Below, one piece after another: positions 50,369 to 62,800 of a DNA stretch of 64,000 nt. Within the stretch, counting starts at the first letter, position 1; each line of letters begins with the position of its first letter. A program made the translations under genes and the position numbers. The notes under the pieces are model-generated. The model saw only the letters and a program-made list of their open reading frames with translations. It was not told the origin of the DNA and made no database searches. Source of the DNA: Tubulanus polymorphus (lineage: Eukaryota > Animalia > Nemertea); assembly GCF_964204645.1 (NCBI RefSeq), contig NC_134034.1, forward strand, positions 3,427,814 to 3,491,813. Direction: 5' to 3'.

Positions 50369-50843
50369 CTGAAACACACGAGATAAATACAAATATAGAC
50401 TAATCAGCATGACTTCGCAGTAAATAGTTTAAAAGATCGCCATGATTTCGGTTAACGAACAATATATAGTCAAATCTATCATCCTAAATGTTTCATGCTT
50501 CTGCTTCATACCATTACCTACATCTTAATGGGTTATCTTTACATTCCATCTTGCATCTTACATTTTCAGAAGCTGTCTTTTAAAAAACCTAATCTCTATA
50601 AACTTTCTCCTCCAGTAAAGGAAACGAAAAATCCTCTAACTTAACCAAAACAGATTCCCATTCTGTACCCACTAAATCCTGGTATGTGCAAGGCCTAGAG
50701 CAATAAACCTTAAACGCACAGAGCTACACATGTTTTAAACAAATGTCTATTAATTTCCCAATAAATCTACCCAGTCCAGGCCTACCGACCCAGCCCGGGG
50801 GCTACAAATACAGATATAAAACTGAGAAAATAAAAACACTCAC

Positions 50844-51236
50844 CGGTTCAGAAACCCCATCTGGGGTTACCGCACCACTCTCCGCACCGACCGTGCTTGT
50901 ACTAGGTGCGGGCACAGACTTCCTTTTCTTTGGTACCTGAAGGAGCTTGTTCGCGTTCTCGTTAGCGAAAATTATCAAGTGGTGCGCTAGCAGCGGACCT
51001 TCCGTCTCCTCCCAGTTCACCAGCGTTAACAGATCACTCATCTTTTTACCAGTCATAGAAAATACCGCATCATCCACATACTTCCTCGGTGCCGCTTCTA
51101 GTGGCTTAAGCCTTTCGAACCTAGCGAAGGCTGTAGGCCGATCTACGTTCAGATCTAACCCTCTTAATTTCAATAACATGGGGATGATGTCCACCGTTTT
51201 CAAACCGTCTGACAATTTTAAAACCACCGGTTCCAT
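50844..51236 (-). CDS. Retrotransposon leader coding exon (131 aa, ATG plus NLS-like PKKRK)
   Basis: Acceptor TTTCAG|AG-ATG at 51238 and phase-0 donor CCG|GTGAGT at 50844. Confidence 0.65.
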
Positions 51237-51924
51237 CTCTGAAACAGATAAGCGAAAAGAACATCAAAATTACTACCGCATCGTACCAGGAATAAAATTT
51301 AAAAGTATTAGCAAACTGATCCTAACAACCGTCGACAAAGTTTAACCAAATATATACATGTGACCAGACCAGAAAAACGTTAAATTTTCGGCCACATGCC
51401 GAAATTATTTCTCTAGCCACCATCTTAAATTAAACAAGAACTAATACGACAGTAATACACTAATAAAAACTCACCTTAAATCCTCTGTACGATACACAGT
51501 CAAACAAGTCTAATAATACCACCGAGCTCCAAAACTGTCCTCAAATCTGAAAAGCGATTTGACTAACAGGACTTGATGCTAACCCAACACTACCGCTAAC
51601 TACAAAACGAGACCAAGGACTAGGTAAAACGTCACCAGATTGCCTTTACACGCCCAGTAAGATTAAACCGAATTTTGAAAAGCCAATGAAATCCCACAAA
51701 TGAATTCCAAATCCAGACCTTGGAAATGCGCCTATGAATGAAATAAATCTAGCGAAATGCACGCACTGTGACTTACAGTATTTACCCACGTCCCAATAAA
51801 GGCAAAAGCAATCACGCATGTAGCACTGTAACCTAAATGTCATTGACGGTCAAAATGTACCAAAGTACCCTAGCACTTCAAACCTGAACGAGAATTTTGC
51901 CTCAATAAAATCACTATCAATCCA

Positions 51925-52275
51925 TCTCCCGTGCTTCATCCAAAATACTGCACTTATCCCAGAAAATCTAAAAGACCATCTGCCCGTGCTTAAACCCAAA
52001 ATCACGGTACAGTATAACCCAAAACATCAAAATCAGTGTTTCATCCGAAATGACTGCACCAAAATTAACAAACCTAGTGCTTCATCCTAAATGACTGCAC
52101 TAAAACTAACAAAACCAGTGTTTCATCCGAAATGACTGCACCAAAAATAAATAAAAACCAGTGTTTCATCCGAAATGACTACACTAAAATCAATAAACTC
52201 CAGTGTTTCATCCAAAATGACTGCACTAAAACTAATAAACCCAGTGTTTCATCCAAGATGACTACACCAAAGTCT
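51925..52275. repeat. ~40-bp tandem repeat (~8 units) in the element's 5' region
   Basis: Unit CCAGTGTTTCATCCGAAATGACTGCACYAAAAYTAAYAAA. Confidence 0.85.
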
Positions 52276-52597
52276 CCAAACCAGGCAAAAGGGGACGAAA
52301 ACTAAAGAAGAAACCACAAACAAAATTCCAAAGAAAAATACCAAATGCTACCGGAAAGGAACCACAGAAAATCGGCAAACGCAGGAGACAAAACTCACCA
52401 CAAAACAGCTGACCACACACGTCCGATAGCTTCGAAAGCAAACTAAGAAGTGACCGCGTCACTAGTGTCACATGATCAGTGTGGATAGTATATGGGATTG
52501 TGGTTCCTTCGGTGTATGATTATATAGAAACGGTAGGTTGTGATTGGCTTCTCAGACGCAATGTTAAGATATCATACAGTGAGAAGTGCCGTCAATT

Positions 52598-52945
52598 GGA
52601 TGTAGGTTAGTTTTACTCGCCGACATCGTCGACATTGGGAAAGAGGATTAGTTTTATTTGCCGACATCGCCGACATTGGGATCGACGGATCCCAGGATCC
52701 CAGCCACTTTATGTAAGGGCAAATCACCCAAACATCCAGCCTCTCGATCCCAGCCACTTTATGTGAGGGTATCCACGCACACACCCAGCCCCTCGATCCA
52801 AGCCACTTTATATAAGGGTTATCCACGCCCAGAATCTCTTTCCCAATGTCGGCGATGTCGGCAAGTAAAACTAACCTACATCAAAATCCCTTTCCCAATG
52901 TCGGCAATATCGGCGATGTCGGAAAGTAAAATTAACCTACACTGA
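52598..52945. mobile_element. Foldback element with ~50-bp inverted arms and internal GATCCCAGCCACTTTAT repeats
   Basis: GATGTAGGTTAGTTTTACTCGCCGACATCGTCGACATTGGGAAAGAG is mirrored at 52835-52882, with a further tandem arm copy to ~52945. Confidence 0.65.
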
Positions 52946-52949
52946 ACTC

Positions 52950-53850
52950 TGGCGCATTGATTTTTTTCTTGTGATAAGTCTCGTCGTTCTACTTTCCCGT
53001 ATATACTCTACTTGAGCCCAAATTTCTAAGCTCCCTTCAAATTCTGTTTTCTGTGCTTTCGCGAAGAGATGCATCTCTAGCTCAGTGAGAGACAGTTTTG
53101 TAGCCTAAAACTGCTCTAGATACTGAGCAGTCCGAATACATCAGTATGTGTTGTCTGCCTACACAGCCACTACCTAGACAATCTGCCGTCTGTACCCATC
53201 CCCTTTGACAACCGAACGACTATCGCTATTCTTTCGAAAAAGTAGTCCATCATGCCTATTCTTTTATTTTTGGGAATAGAAACGATAGTTATAGTAAATG
53301 TTTAATAGTAAATAGTACGGAGTTTTTCCATCATTTGTATGAGGTTTAAGATTCTGTATTCCGTTAACAACATCACCCAAACAAACTGAATAACTCTTCT
53401 GACAAAAACCTTTGCAGCATTGAAACCACTTATCGTATCTTCAGTAAATTTAGCTTGATCATAGCCTACGCTGTACAAGAATAATGTTCACATATTCGGA
53501 GGCTCAACAGACATGATAGTCAACCATAACAGAGCTTATTACGTTTGGATTGATTAATTTCTTTCCACAAATTGTTGTGATAACTGCTAAGATTTTAGCT
53601 TAATTATAGAGTTCATTGCGTTTAGAATAAACTCTATGATATTTGATAGCCGTGTGATACGTCGTTCGTATCGCATCGCGGGTAATCTCACAAATTATAC
53701 CAACATTTGGGCAATCGTTCTCTTTCCATATGTCAAAAAGGCGTTTTCTCTTATTTTTTTTATGTCGGTATTGGCATCAGACGTTTCTTTTTCATTACTG
53801 TTTTTGCGTTCATTGACAGTCTTGAAAAGCGATTACAAGTCCGTTCGCTT
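52950..53850 (-). mobile_element. Degenerate L2/CR1-group LINE ORF2 fragment
   Basis: Reverse-strand remnants 'WKENDCPNVG..TYHTAIK', 'DVVNGIQNLKPHTNDG' and 'TIVSIPKNKR'. Confidence 0.55.
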
Positions 53851-54599
53851 TTAACGAAGCATTAACGATAGAATCAGAATAACTATTCAACGCACCATCA
53901 TGCTTAACACAAAACGGATCACAACTATTCAAAGTTTCAACTGGTACAATTAACTCACTAAGTAAGATAACTAAAAAGATGCTAAAGTTATCACGCTGTT
54001 GGCTCCCTTCCAGTTGACGGTATCATTATAAGATCGAGTAAAATTGTCGTCAGTAGGATCGAAATAATATCGAAATAAAATTGATGTTTTTACCCTACGA
54101 TAATGTCTTACTTACATCATTATTTTGTCACCGATTCGGCGCAATTTTGTACAATCTATGCGCGTGTGTCATAATTTGGCGAAAATCGTAGCTCGTTAGA
54201 GGAAGAAACGATCACAAAATTGATTTTGACCGCGTTATCGTTTAGGCCAAAGAAATTGATACAATTGTTTCTCATTATTTCTGCTGTGCTTAAAATAATT
54301 GACCAGACCGGGTTCACCTATCTATCCGGTACAGTTACGTACTAAAATGACGCTCAAGCTAATAGCAGACCCGGCACTAATAAGAAAGGAACTGATTATG
54401 AATTCTATCGCAGCTTGCAAAATGACCCGACCGATTAGGAGGAAAAAGGTACAATTTCATTCCGGTTGAAATTCAACTTTTTTTCTGTCCCCTTATGTGT
54501 ACGCACTGTCGGTGTTACGCGACGAAATATCACAATTCGAGCCTAAAAAAGGGGCAAGACCGACTTTCCTACTTCTTGATAGATATACGGATGAGCGAG

Positions 54600-54790
54600 T
54601 CGATTCAAATTTTCAAGAAAGGACTGAAAACACATATTTTTAATGAAACTGACAACTGAAATGTTTAAGCTCAAAGGAAAAATGTATTTTGATTATCTGT
54701 TATATTGAATATTCTATCTGTTAAGCGCTCGACGTCATAATGAGATTTAGCGCTATATAAAAATAAATCTTATTTATCATTATCATTTCA
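54600..54790 (+). mobile_element. L2-type LINE 3' end
   Basis: 'FKKGLKTHIF', then AAGCGC..GCGCTATATAAA and a TATC-type tail. Confidence 0.6.
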
Positions 54791-55226
54791 TCGATAATTT
54801 GTGTATGACTTATAAAGAAAAATAGATCAGAAGATATCAGAAGCGACGCGGTTTACCGAGGAACCTGGCGGATCCTTACATTGGAGACCTATTTGGCATC
54901 GGTCGGTGCCTTATCAATTTGAATTGCTTTTCGACCTCATCGTCGAATGGACAAAGGAGCAACGTAACGTATGTCGTCTACGCTGAGCAGCGCACGGCGC
55001 ATTCGAATTGTGGATGGATTGCTCGAATATAATTCAAATAATATAAAAATTATGAAAGCGAATAAACGGAAAAAAGTCGAGAAAATTCTGTATAATGAAG
55101 CACGGCGAGTCTCATCGCGTTACTGCGCTGCTAAATAGCGGTCATTTTCTATAATTTTCTCTCGAATAATCGACACCGATTCGACGATCTTCATTCAGTA
55201 ATCTCTATTGATCGAGCTGTTAGAAG

Positions 55227-56251
55227 ATGGATACGATGAACGCTTCCGTCGTCGTCGCCAAGCGCTGTCCGTATTCGACGCAGAACGCCGTCTGGTTGGT
55301 CGTGCTCGCCTACGTATCGACGCCTATCTGCGCGCTCGGGTTTCTGATGAACGCGCTCAGTTTCGCCGTGTTGCGGCGTCACCGGTCGCGTTCTAACGCC
55401 CTGTACCTGCTCCGACTGCTGGCCGTCGTCGACAACTGTTTCCTGGCGGTGTCCGTGTCGCTGGTGAACGCGCGGCGATTCTACGCGTATTACCAGCACG
55501 CGGCTGAGTTCTTCTACCTGCCGGACGCGTTCATCGGGCCGAGGTTCATCGTCTACTTGGCGCCGCCTCATCTGATCCTGCGTATGTTCAGGAACTGGTT
55601 GATCGTGTTGATCAGCGTCGATCGCGCGTTGCACGTCGTCGCACCGTTGAAGTCGATCGTTCTGTGCAGTCGGAATCGCGTCAACTGCGCGGTTTTAGCG
55701 ATCGCCGCGTTGAGCGTCGCGCTCCACGTGTTCAGGTACTGTTGCCGACCGCTGTCGATGGAGAAGCCCGATTGTTCGCCGCTCGACCGGCATCTGATGC
55801 TGCGATTCGGAAACGAAATACCGCGTGAAGCTAATCTGGTCACTTTATCCGCGTTTGTAATCGTGTTACCTTTCTGCCTCTTAACCGCGACCAATACGAT
55901 CCTATCCGCGGGTCTCTCGCGGCCCGCGCTAAAAGACGGACGATGACCTCGGCTACGTCCGAGCAGGCGTCGGACGGGAGAGACGCCAAACGGACGACCG
56001 GCGATCAAGAATTACAAGCGACCTTGCTGGCGTTTGGTATCGTCGCGATGTTTTTGGTTTGCGAAAGCCCGAACAGCGTGGAGCGCATCGTCGAGGCGGT
56101 TTTTTACGGCGGCAAGAGACTGCGCACGCATCCGCTTGTACAGGTGTTCATACAACTGGATTCGTGCGTGAATTTCATCGTGTATACGACCACCAGTCGT
56201 AAATTCCGCCACGTCACCGGTCAGGTGATCACCTGCTCGAAGATGCCGTAG
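55227..56251 (+). pseudogene. FMRFamide-receptor-like GPCR with a single frameshift at ~55922 (recent pseudogene or consensus error)
   Basis: TM1-5 are in one frame ('LAVVDN','RNWLIVLISVDRALHVVAPL') and TM6-7 in the next ('FLVCESP','DSCVNFIVYTTTSRKFR'). Adding one G restores GLSRARAKRRTMT. Confidence 0.85.
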
Positions 56252-56949
56252 CACCATTATTTTTACAACGATTTCATAGTTGGTGACATCGTTCAAAAGT
56301 CAATAAACTTCACTAAATGGAGTAAGTATTCCCCTATTTAACTGTTGGGCTATGTAAAGACCAAAATGAGACATGTATTCCGCAATCAAGTAAAATACCA
56401 CAGAGAAAAACTTGTCATAAGTTGTTTCCAATCTATTTGTAATTTTGTAGTATTTTTGTTTCTTTGAAAAAGAATGTGTCCTGTTGCAAAATCAAAATAT
56501 GGTGTCAGATTTTTTAGTGTTTCTAGTGGATCAATGCTTTGGAAAATCATACAAATTTTAGATACTCTTAAAACCTATATTTCTATTCAAACTCATGTAA
56601 ATCCACTTTTATTAAGTATCAAAATCTTTTTGGATAAGGCACCAAATATGGAAAATGATATTATCAATACGTAAGTTGTTATCTTAAAAACAGGTAACCG
56701 TCGCGATAGTAAACTCTCAGCAAACAGCGAATGGAATAAAAAGAAATATTAGCGATAGTCAAAAGAATTACAATAGGGTTTAATTTCGAAGGGCAGCAAA
56801 TCCTAATAAGGGTTTTCTGGCTATTCAACAGAAATCCCCACTAAAATTGATGACCTTTTTCAATGGCAAGTGTGGTAAGCATAACAACGGTACCACTATA
56901 GTTTCGTCGGTGGCGGTCTGCATTAAATCCGAAGCCAGGAACCAACCTT

Positions 56950-57650
56950 TTTCACATTAGCGTTACGCGAATTTTGACGACCACAGCTTTCTTCTGAAAT
57001 CGTGCCGATACACTGTAAAATTTCTAGTTTAAAGTTCCTTTTCCACAAATACCCCTCAGTCGTGAACGCATTTGAATTTTGGCAAATAAATGCCTTTGGA
57101 ATACCTCCTGCAAACCTGACAAATGTCTATGAGATGTCATTTCACCGGTAACTGGCCCATCTCTGGCAAAATGTTTCAACTCGAACACTTTTCATCGTGG
57201 TGAATCGATAACAAATCATTGTCGTTTGGACTGTCAACGGAGAAGATAAAAGAAAAATTGAATTTAAGATTTTCTTTGTTAGTTTTCGTTAAAATGTTCG
57301 GCAAAATGAAATTCAGTGGTCACAACATTTAGGGCGTACTCAGTCACAAGCACTTGATACTGAAGAGTCAATTGGATACCAACAACACCAGATCGCGCAA
57401 CAAAACATCGGGTTATTCGTAGTGAAAATCAGTTCCTTTTTCTATGAGATCTGAACTCGATTGTTAGGCTTCCAGCAATTATCAACCGATTCATCGGATA
57501 GATATAAGATTCCCTTTCTTACTCAGTATATGGCATTGATATCACTGAAGATTGATTTGCTAAGCGACAAAAGTTGACTCCAAATCTATTTCGTATGTAG
57601 AAGGAACCCGGGGAAGGAACTTGAAGTGCGGTAACTCAGTGCCACTAGCG
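56950..57650 (+). mobile_element. Highly degenerate Ty3/gypsy pol remnant
   Basis: Ordered remnants 'MPFGIP' (~57090), 'IIVVW' (~57215) and 'PGKELEV' (~57610). Confidence 0.4.
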
Positions 57651-58199
57651 ATCCTTGCGGATTATTACCGAACCCTCGCATCCCTCAGTAACCTTGCAGG
57701 ATCCCATTGATAATCCACTATAGTGAAACGTAAACCTTTTCGCTCATCCGCCATCTTATAAACGAATTGACCCATGAGGCAAAGACTGACGTATACTATA
57801 AAGAAAGGCAGGAAACAATCCTATCTCCGTAATGTTTATGAATTAGAAAACCGTTGAAGTGGGAATTTCCGAACAATGCCTATGATTGCCGAACTGAGTG
57901 CAATACGATATTTTACCATTATTGCAATTCTTGGTGATTATTTCAAGACACTGATACTGTTTCAACGCGGTCGAAATAAGTATCCCGCTATTAAATCGAC
58001 ATCTGTGAATGAGCGGAATATACGATCTGCTGTTTTCTGAAAGTAACAAGCGTCCGCCGTCGATGACGGAATATCGCGATCTACTGATTTGGTTCAAGTT
58101 GATAGCTGTAAGTGTCATGAGCAAGGTGCTATTTATAATTGTTCGGATAAGAAAATTAGCCGTTTAGATTTCGTTAAGAACGTTCACCAGTAGTTACTG

Positions 58200-58800
58200 A
58201 GGAGGCCGCGGATGATGTTTGCTATCGATCTGAAGCTGAGGTGTTGGGTTCGAATCCGTGAGTCCGTATACTACGCCGGAAATGAATTCACCTGCAAACA
58301 ACTTTGGAATCAAAACCTCTACGTGGATTCTGGTGTGTTTTTCCTTGGAACGCAGTACAGCGGTACTTGTCCCAATGCACATCGGGAGACTGTTGACCCG
58401 TACTCGACGCCGGGATCTTGTCATAACGATTTTACTCTATTTCGCCGTAAGGGTGTCATTATACCGCGTCAAACCCATCGGACACGGTTTGAACAATTGC
58501 CAATTGGACAAAGTCTCAGCGATAGTAACACGTATGATCGTTATCTATTATTCGATGATGATGACCACAATTCCTTGGATTGGTTTGATATTCTCGACGG
58601 TTTTGATCGCTACTCAGTTCGTCAGACGGGATTACAGTTCAAAAATTCGAACACCTCCGAACAGGAACGCAAATGCGTACGCAATCTAATTTGCATAATC
58701 ATTGCCGTCTCCGTATTCAACACACCGAACAACATACTGAACTTCGTTCACTTTACGTACGACGGACCGAGGCGTTTACCAATTCGAATCCAGCATTCAG
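58200..58800 (+). pseudogene. Class A GPCR pseudogene (TM3-TM6), frameshifted and truncated by a SINE
   Basis: 'TSTWILVCFSLERSTAVLVPM' and 'ERKCVRNLICIIIAVSVFNTP' are in different frames. Confidence 0.75.
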
Positions 58801-58935
58801 AGGTGCAGTAGCCGAGTGGTTTAAGCCGCCGGTCACTGGTCTCGTCAAACCAGGGTTTATTGGTTCAAACCCTGGTGGCGGCAGAGTTTCTTGGCCGAAG
58901 GTTCTTCTCTGGTCTCCCCCCCCCCAAAAAAAAAT
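58800..58935 (+). mobile_element. tRNA-derived SINE head
   Basis: A box TAGCCGAGTGG (~58809) and B box GGTTCAAACCC (~58862). It does not fold into a complete cloverleaf. Confidence 0.65.
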
Positions 58936-59460
58936 GTCTGACGCAGATAATCAAAAAAAAACTATTGTGCCAAGAAAACTAACCTTGAGAGTTTATTGAC
59001 GCATACATTACTTAAAATTGCTTGAAACTTGTATTCTCCTCTGTTCTTTTGTGTGTTAAGAAATTTCATTTAAAAAAAAATTTCTGACAATATGTGATTT
59101 AAAATAGATTATCCATTATTAAGGATAAATAAAGTTATTTTGAATTTGAACATATCGATAATTGAATTGACCGGCAACCAGTCTAACCCCGATATATTGA
59201 TGACGTAGTGCACATCCTCTCAAAAATAATTATTGAAACTTATCTTAAATATGAGGAGAATTATGAATATATATTTAATCACAAAATAAACGCCAGAATT
59301 CAGAATTGCTATTGTCATTCTAAAACGCAAATATCGATGACGTAAATGAATGAACCGAGCTAGACAGTAAATGAAATAAGATATTCATAAAATACGCGAA
59401 GAGGATGTAATCGTCGATAATACAGTCAAATACCGTTAAACGCCATCTTTTTAATGCCAC

Positions 59461-59777
59461 TGGTATTGGTAATGGTAATGGTAATGGTAATGGTAATGGT
59501 AATGGTAATGGTAATGGTAATGGTAATGGTAATGGTAATGGTAATGGTAATGGTAATGGTAATGGTAATGGTAATGGTAATGGTAATGGTAATGGTAATG
59601 GTAATGGTAATGGTAATGGTAATGGTAATGGTAATGGTAATGGTAATGGTAATGGTAATGGTAATGGTAATGGTAATGGCAATGGTAATGGTAATGGTAA
59701 TGGTAATGGTAATGGTAATGGTAATGGTTATGGTTATGGTTATGGTAATGGTTATGGTTATGGAAATGGTAACGGTA
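59461..59777. repeat. (GGTAAT)n hexamer microsatellite, ~50 units
   Basis: Directly visible, ~120 bp beyond the stop codon of GRL101-like paralog B. Confidence 0.98.
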
Positions 59778-59897
59778 AAATGTAATGAAAATATCGTATT
59801 ATGTAAAATTTCTTATTGTTATCTATTTAAGTGCAGCAATTATCCTTGGAGCCGCGCAATAAACGAAAATGAATCATTATCATTTCCGTTATCGTCA

Positions 59898-62800
59898 TTA
59901 TTTTATTGGTTGTTGTTTTCTGCGTTTATTTCGAGCTCGTATGGATTTCATATCAATAGTTAGAATAGTGTAAAGAAGTGGGTTCAGAGTTGAGTTAATG
60001 GGCAAGAAAAGAACGGCCAGCCAAGCGGCGACCTGTTCCGGTATCTCGACCGAGAATACGGCGCAGAATTGAACGATTATTAACGGTAACCAGCAAAATA
60101 AATTACACAAATTGATTACCAAACTGCGTCGAGCTAGAACGAGTTCTGTAGGATCAGCTCGTCCCGAACTGGACCTGCTTCCGGATACATACTTGTACAT
60201 CTGCGCGTACGACATCATTATCAGAGTGAGAATGATCGCGTTTAATACAGCGAATATAGCGAACGAATATTGCCAACCATTGACATCTATAGATATTAAA
60301 TTCATAGGTAAACAGATACCCGTGCTACCGTAGAAACTATCACCGAAATAAGACGACCGAGACAGCGGCAGAAAGGCGATCAAACTCAGAAATATCCAGC
60401 ATAAACAGGAGAGTATCAAAACAATTTTTGAGGATAAAAGCGGGTTACCTGAAAGCGGATTGAGGATATTTGAATATCTGAAACGCGTGAGGAGAAGGAG
60501 AAATGTTAAAGAGCCTTCGCAAGATATCGTCACCACAATTCCGGCTACGCTGCATAGTGAACTACGAGTCCAAGTTTCAGAATTCAGAAAATAGACACCT
60601 TTATAAACGTAATCAGTTGCAGCGATCATAAACAGATAAACGGACATCAGGAAATCACAAAGCGCGATATTAATGATGAGGATATCCGACGATTTATTTT
60701 GCGTTTTTGGTAAAACTCGAATCGACCTAAAGCGAAATAAAATAACTGCAATGTTGGAAACGCAAGAAAAACAAGCGATGATCCAGACAACAGCTCCGAG
60801 AACAGTGTTCTCAATGAGGTCTGAGCACGATGAGAATTGGTCAGGATCCGGGAGACACCGGTCAATATTCGGTACCATACAACAGAATTTATACGCATCA
60901 GAAGCGAGAAAATACAAAGACGTCAGATTATCGAAGATATTATTTTCCACAGAGATTATCCGGGAATTGTTGGTAAAATCAAGAACTCCCAGTGAAATCA
61001 ACCCAGAAAACGCGTATCTGGATATTGAATTTATTGCGTTATTGCTGATGTTCAAGTATTTCAGCGCTGGTAGGCCTCGGAATACGTTACGAGTAAGAAC
61101 CGATATAGAGAGACCGTGCAGATCGATAACCGGTAGTGACGTCAAACCATTGAAGCTCCCATCGTACAAATATCTCAGCGGATTTCCAGCGAGTAAAAGT
61201 TGCTTTAAATTGTTTAAACCGGTGAATGTATCAACATGTAGTGATACTAGACGATTATGCGACAGATCTAGTGTATTTAGATTGCGTAGATTAGAAAACG
61301 CGTTGGAGACAATGTCAGATAATTCATTACGTGAAATAATGAGTGTGAAAAGGTATAAATAAGGGGAAAATGTCGATTCATTGAATCTAACTTGGTTATT
61401 TGATAAAATCAAAACTCGAGTCGACTCGGCAAAAATGCCGGTAATATCTGATAAAAGGGCGTTTTTACAATTAATGAAACGACCTTGGCATTTACAATAC
61501 TTAGGACAGATGACGTCACAGTAGGCCTCGTCATCCGAGTTATGTTTACAATTGACGACACCATCGCAAACTTCCAACTGAGGAATACATCTGTGTTCAT
61601 CACCGCATTTAAACATTCCTGGACACGAAAACGTTTCACAATTCATTTCATCTTCTGAATGAGGACAATCTGATCGACCATCGCACACGTGTCTAATCGG
61701 TATACAGTAAGACGATGGACATTTCACTGTACCAGCTGGACATTCAAACTCATTACAATGCAATAAATGTTCGAGTCTTCTACAAACAGGAAAACCTGTC
61801 GGCATTCTTTCTAGAATACATCTTTCTTTTCTCGAATAACAATGAGGAGAATTGAATGAACATCTTTGTTCATCTGATTCTGTACAGAGTGAAGTGAAAT
61901 TGGTCGTGCAGTAGTTCTCCGTATTGCAGTGATCTTTTGGTTTAATTGTTATGTTGGTCGTTACTATTTCATCTTCTTCGAGGTCCCCGCCACAATCTAC
62001 AACACCGTCCCGATACAACAGAGAACTGATACATTCACCATTTACACACAGAAACCCGTTACATTTGTCCGAAGAGCAGCCGATCTCATCGGATTTATCT
62101 TTGCAATCAACCAGTCCATCACATCGTTTATATTTACTCACACATTGTCCATTGTCACACGTAAATTGTGCGGAGGAACATGAAGTATGATAGCACGAGT
62201 TCTCATCTGATCCGTCAGCGCAATCTCGTACAAAATCACACAAATTACTCACTGATATAACTCTCAGTCCGTCTGAACACTGGAATTTACTGTGTGAGTT
62301 TATACCCGAACAATCGAGTTCGTCCTCACCGTGTTGACAGTCGTTTCTAGTGTCACATACGCGATGGTCGCTGATACATCTGTGATCGTTACATTGAAAC
62401 TGCCACGATTTACATCCTCTCATAGAAGCTAGCTCTTCATTAGTAACATCATAGGAACATAGCACGGAATGCGCTACATCTGTTACATTATCGAAGGCAG
62501 TCATTGACCATTTCACCGTTTTAATATATGTTATCCAATCTCTAAATACTTCTGGCTTTATTGCCATAATTTTTCCGATTGTATGATTTGTCAGTATAGC
62601 GCCATATTGATGCTGATAGTGGAAAACATTTATCAAATACTGAATGTCAAAATTAGTTTTTATTTTACCTACGTCACCACCAATTTTCAGACACATTTCC
62701 GTGGCTCTCAGGGTTGTTAGGCTTTGAGTGTGGAGCGTTCCCCAGGCCGTAAGTATCTGATAGCAATGCGCTTCTATATGAATCCACCCTTTTAGACACG

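Larger units (their letters stand above)
45360..52492 (-). mobile_element. Full-length DIRS/PAT-type tyrosine-recombinase retrotransposon with split direct repeats (A1..ORFs..B1A2..B2)
   Basis: A1 52438-52492 = A2 45556-45610; B1 ~45604-45673 = B2 45360-45430. It carries gag (CCHC), RT-RNaseH-methyltransferase and ALOG-YR ORFs. Confidence 0.93.

Noticed and set aside
58800-58890. Possible tRNA gene
   Set aside because: It has A and B boxes but no convincing acceptor or anticodon stems, and it interrupts a GPCR pseudogene. Treated as a SINE head.
57843-59440. TM1-like (~57870) and TM7-like (~59380) GPCR fragments on the minus strand flanking the plus-strand pseudogene
   Set aside because: The similarity is too short and degenerate to support a rearrangement model by eye.
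59320-59963. Poly-PL and poly-MV ORFs; telomere-like repeat
   Set aside because: Artefacts of (GGTAAT)n. The unit is not TTAGGG and the array is interstitial.
43285-62190. Shadow ORFs overlapping the GRL101-like genes, pol and the GC-rich GPCR (e.g. 43285-43797, 55191-55634, 60673-61362)
   Set aside because: They are alternate-frame or antisense by-products of real coding sequence.
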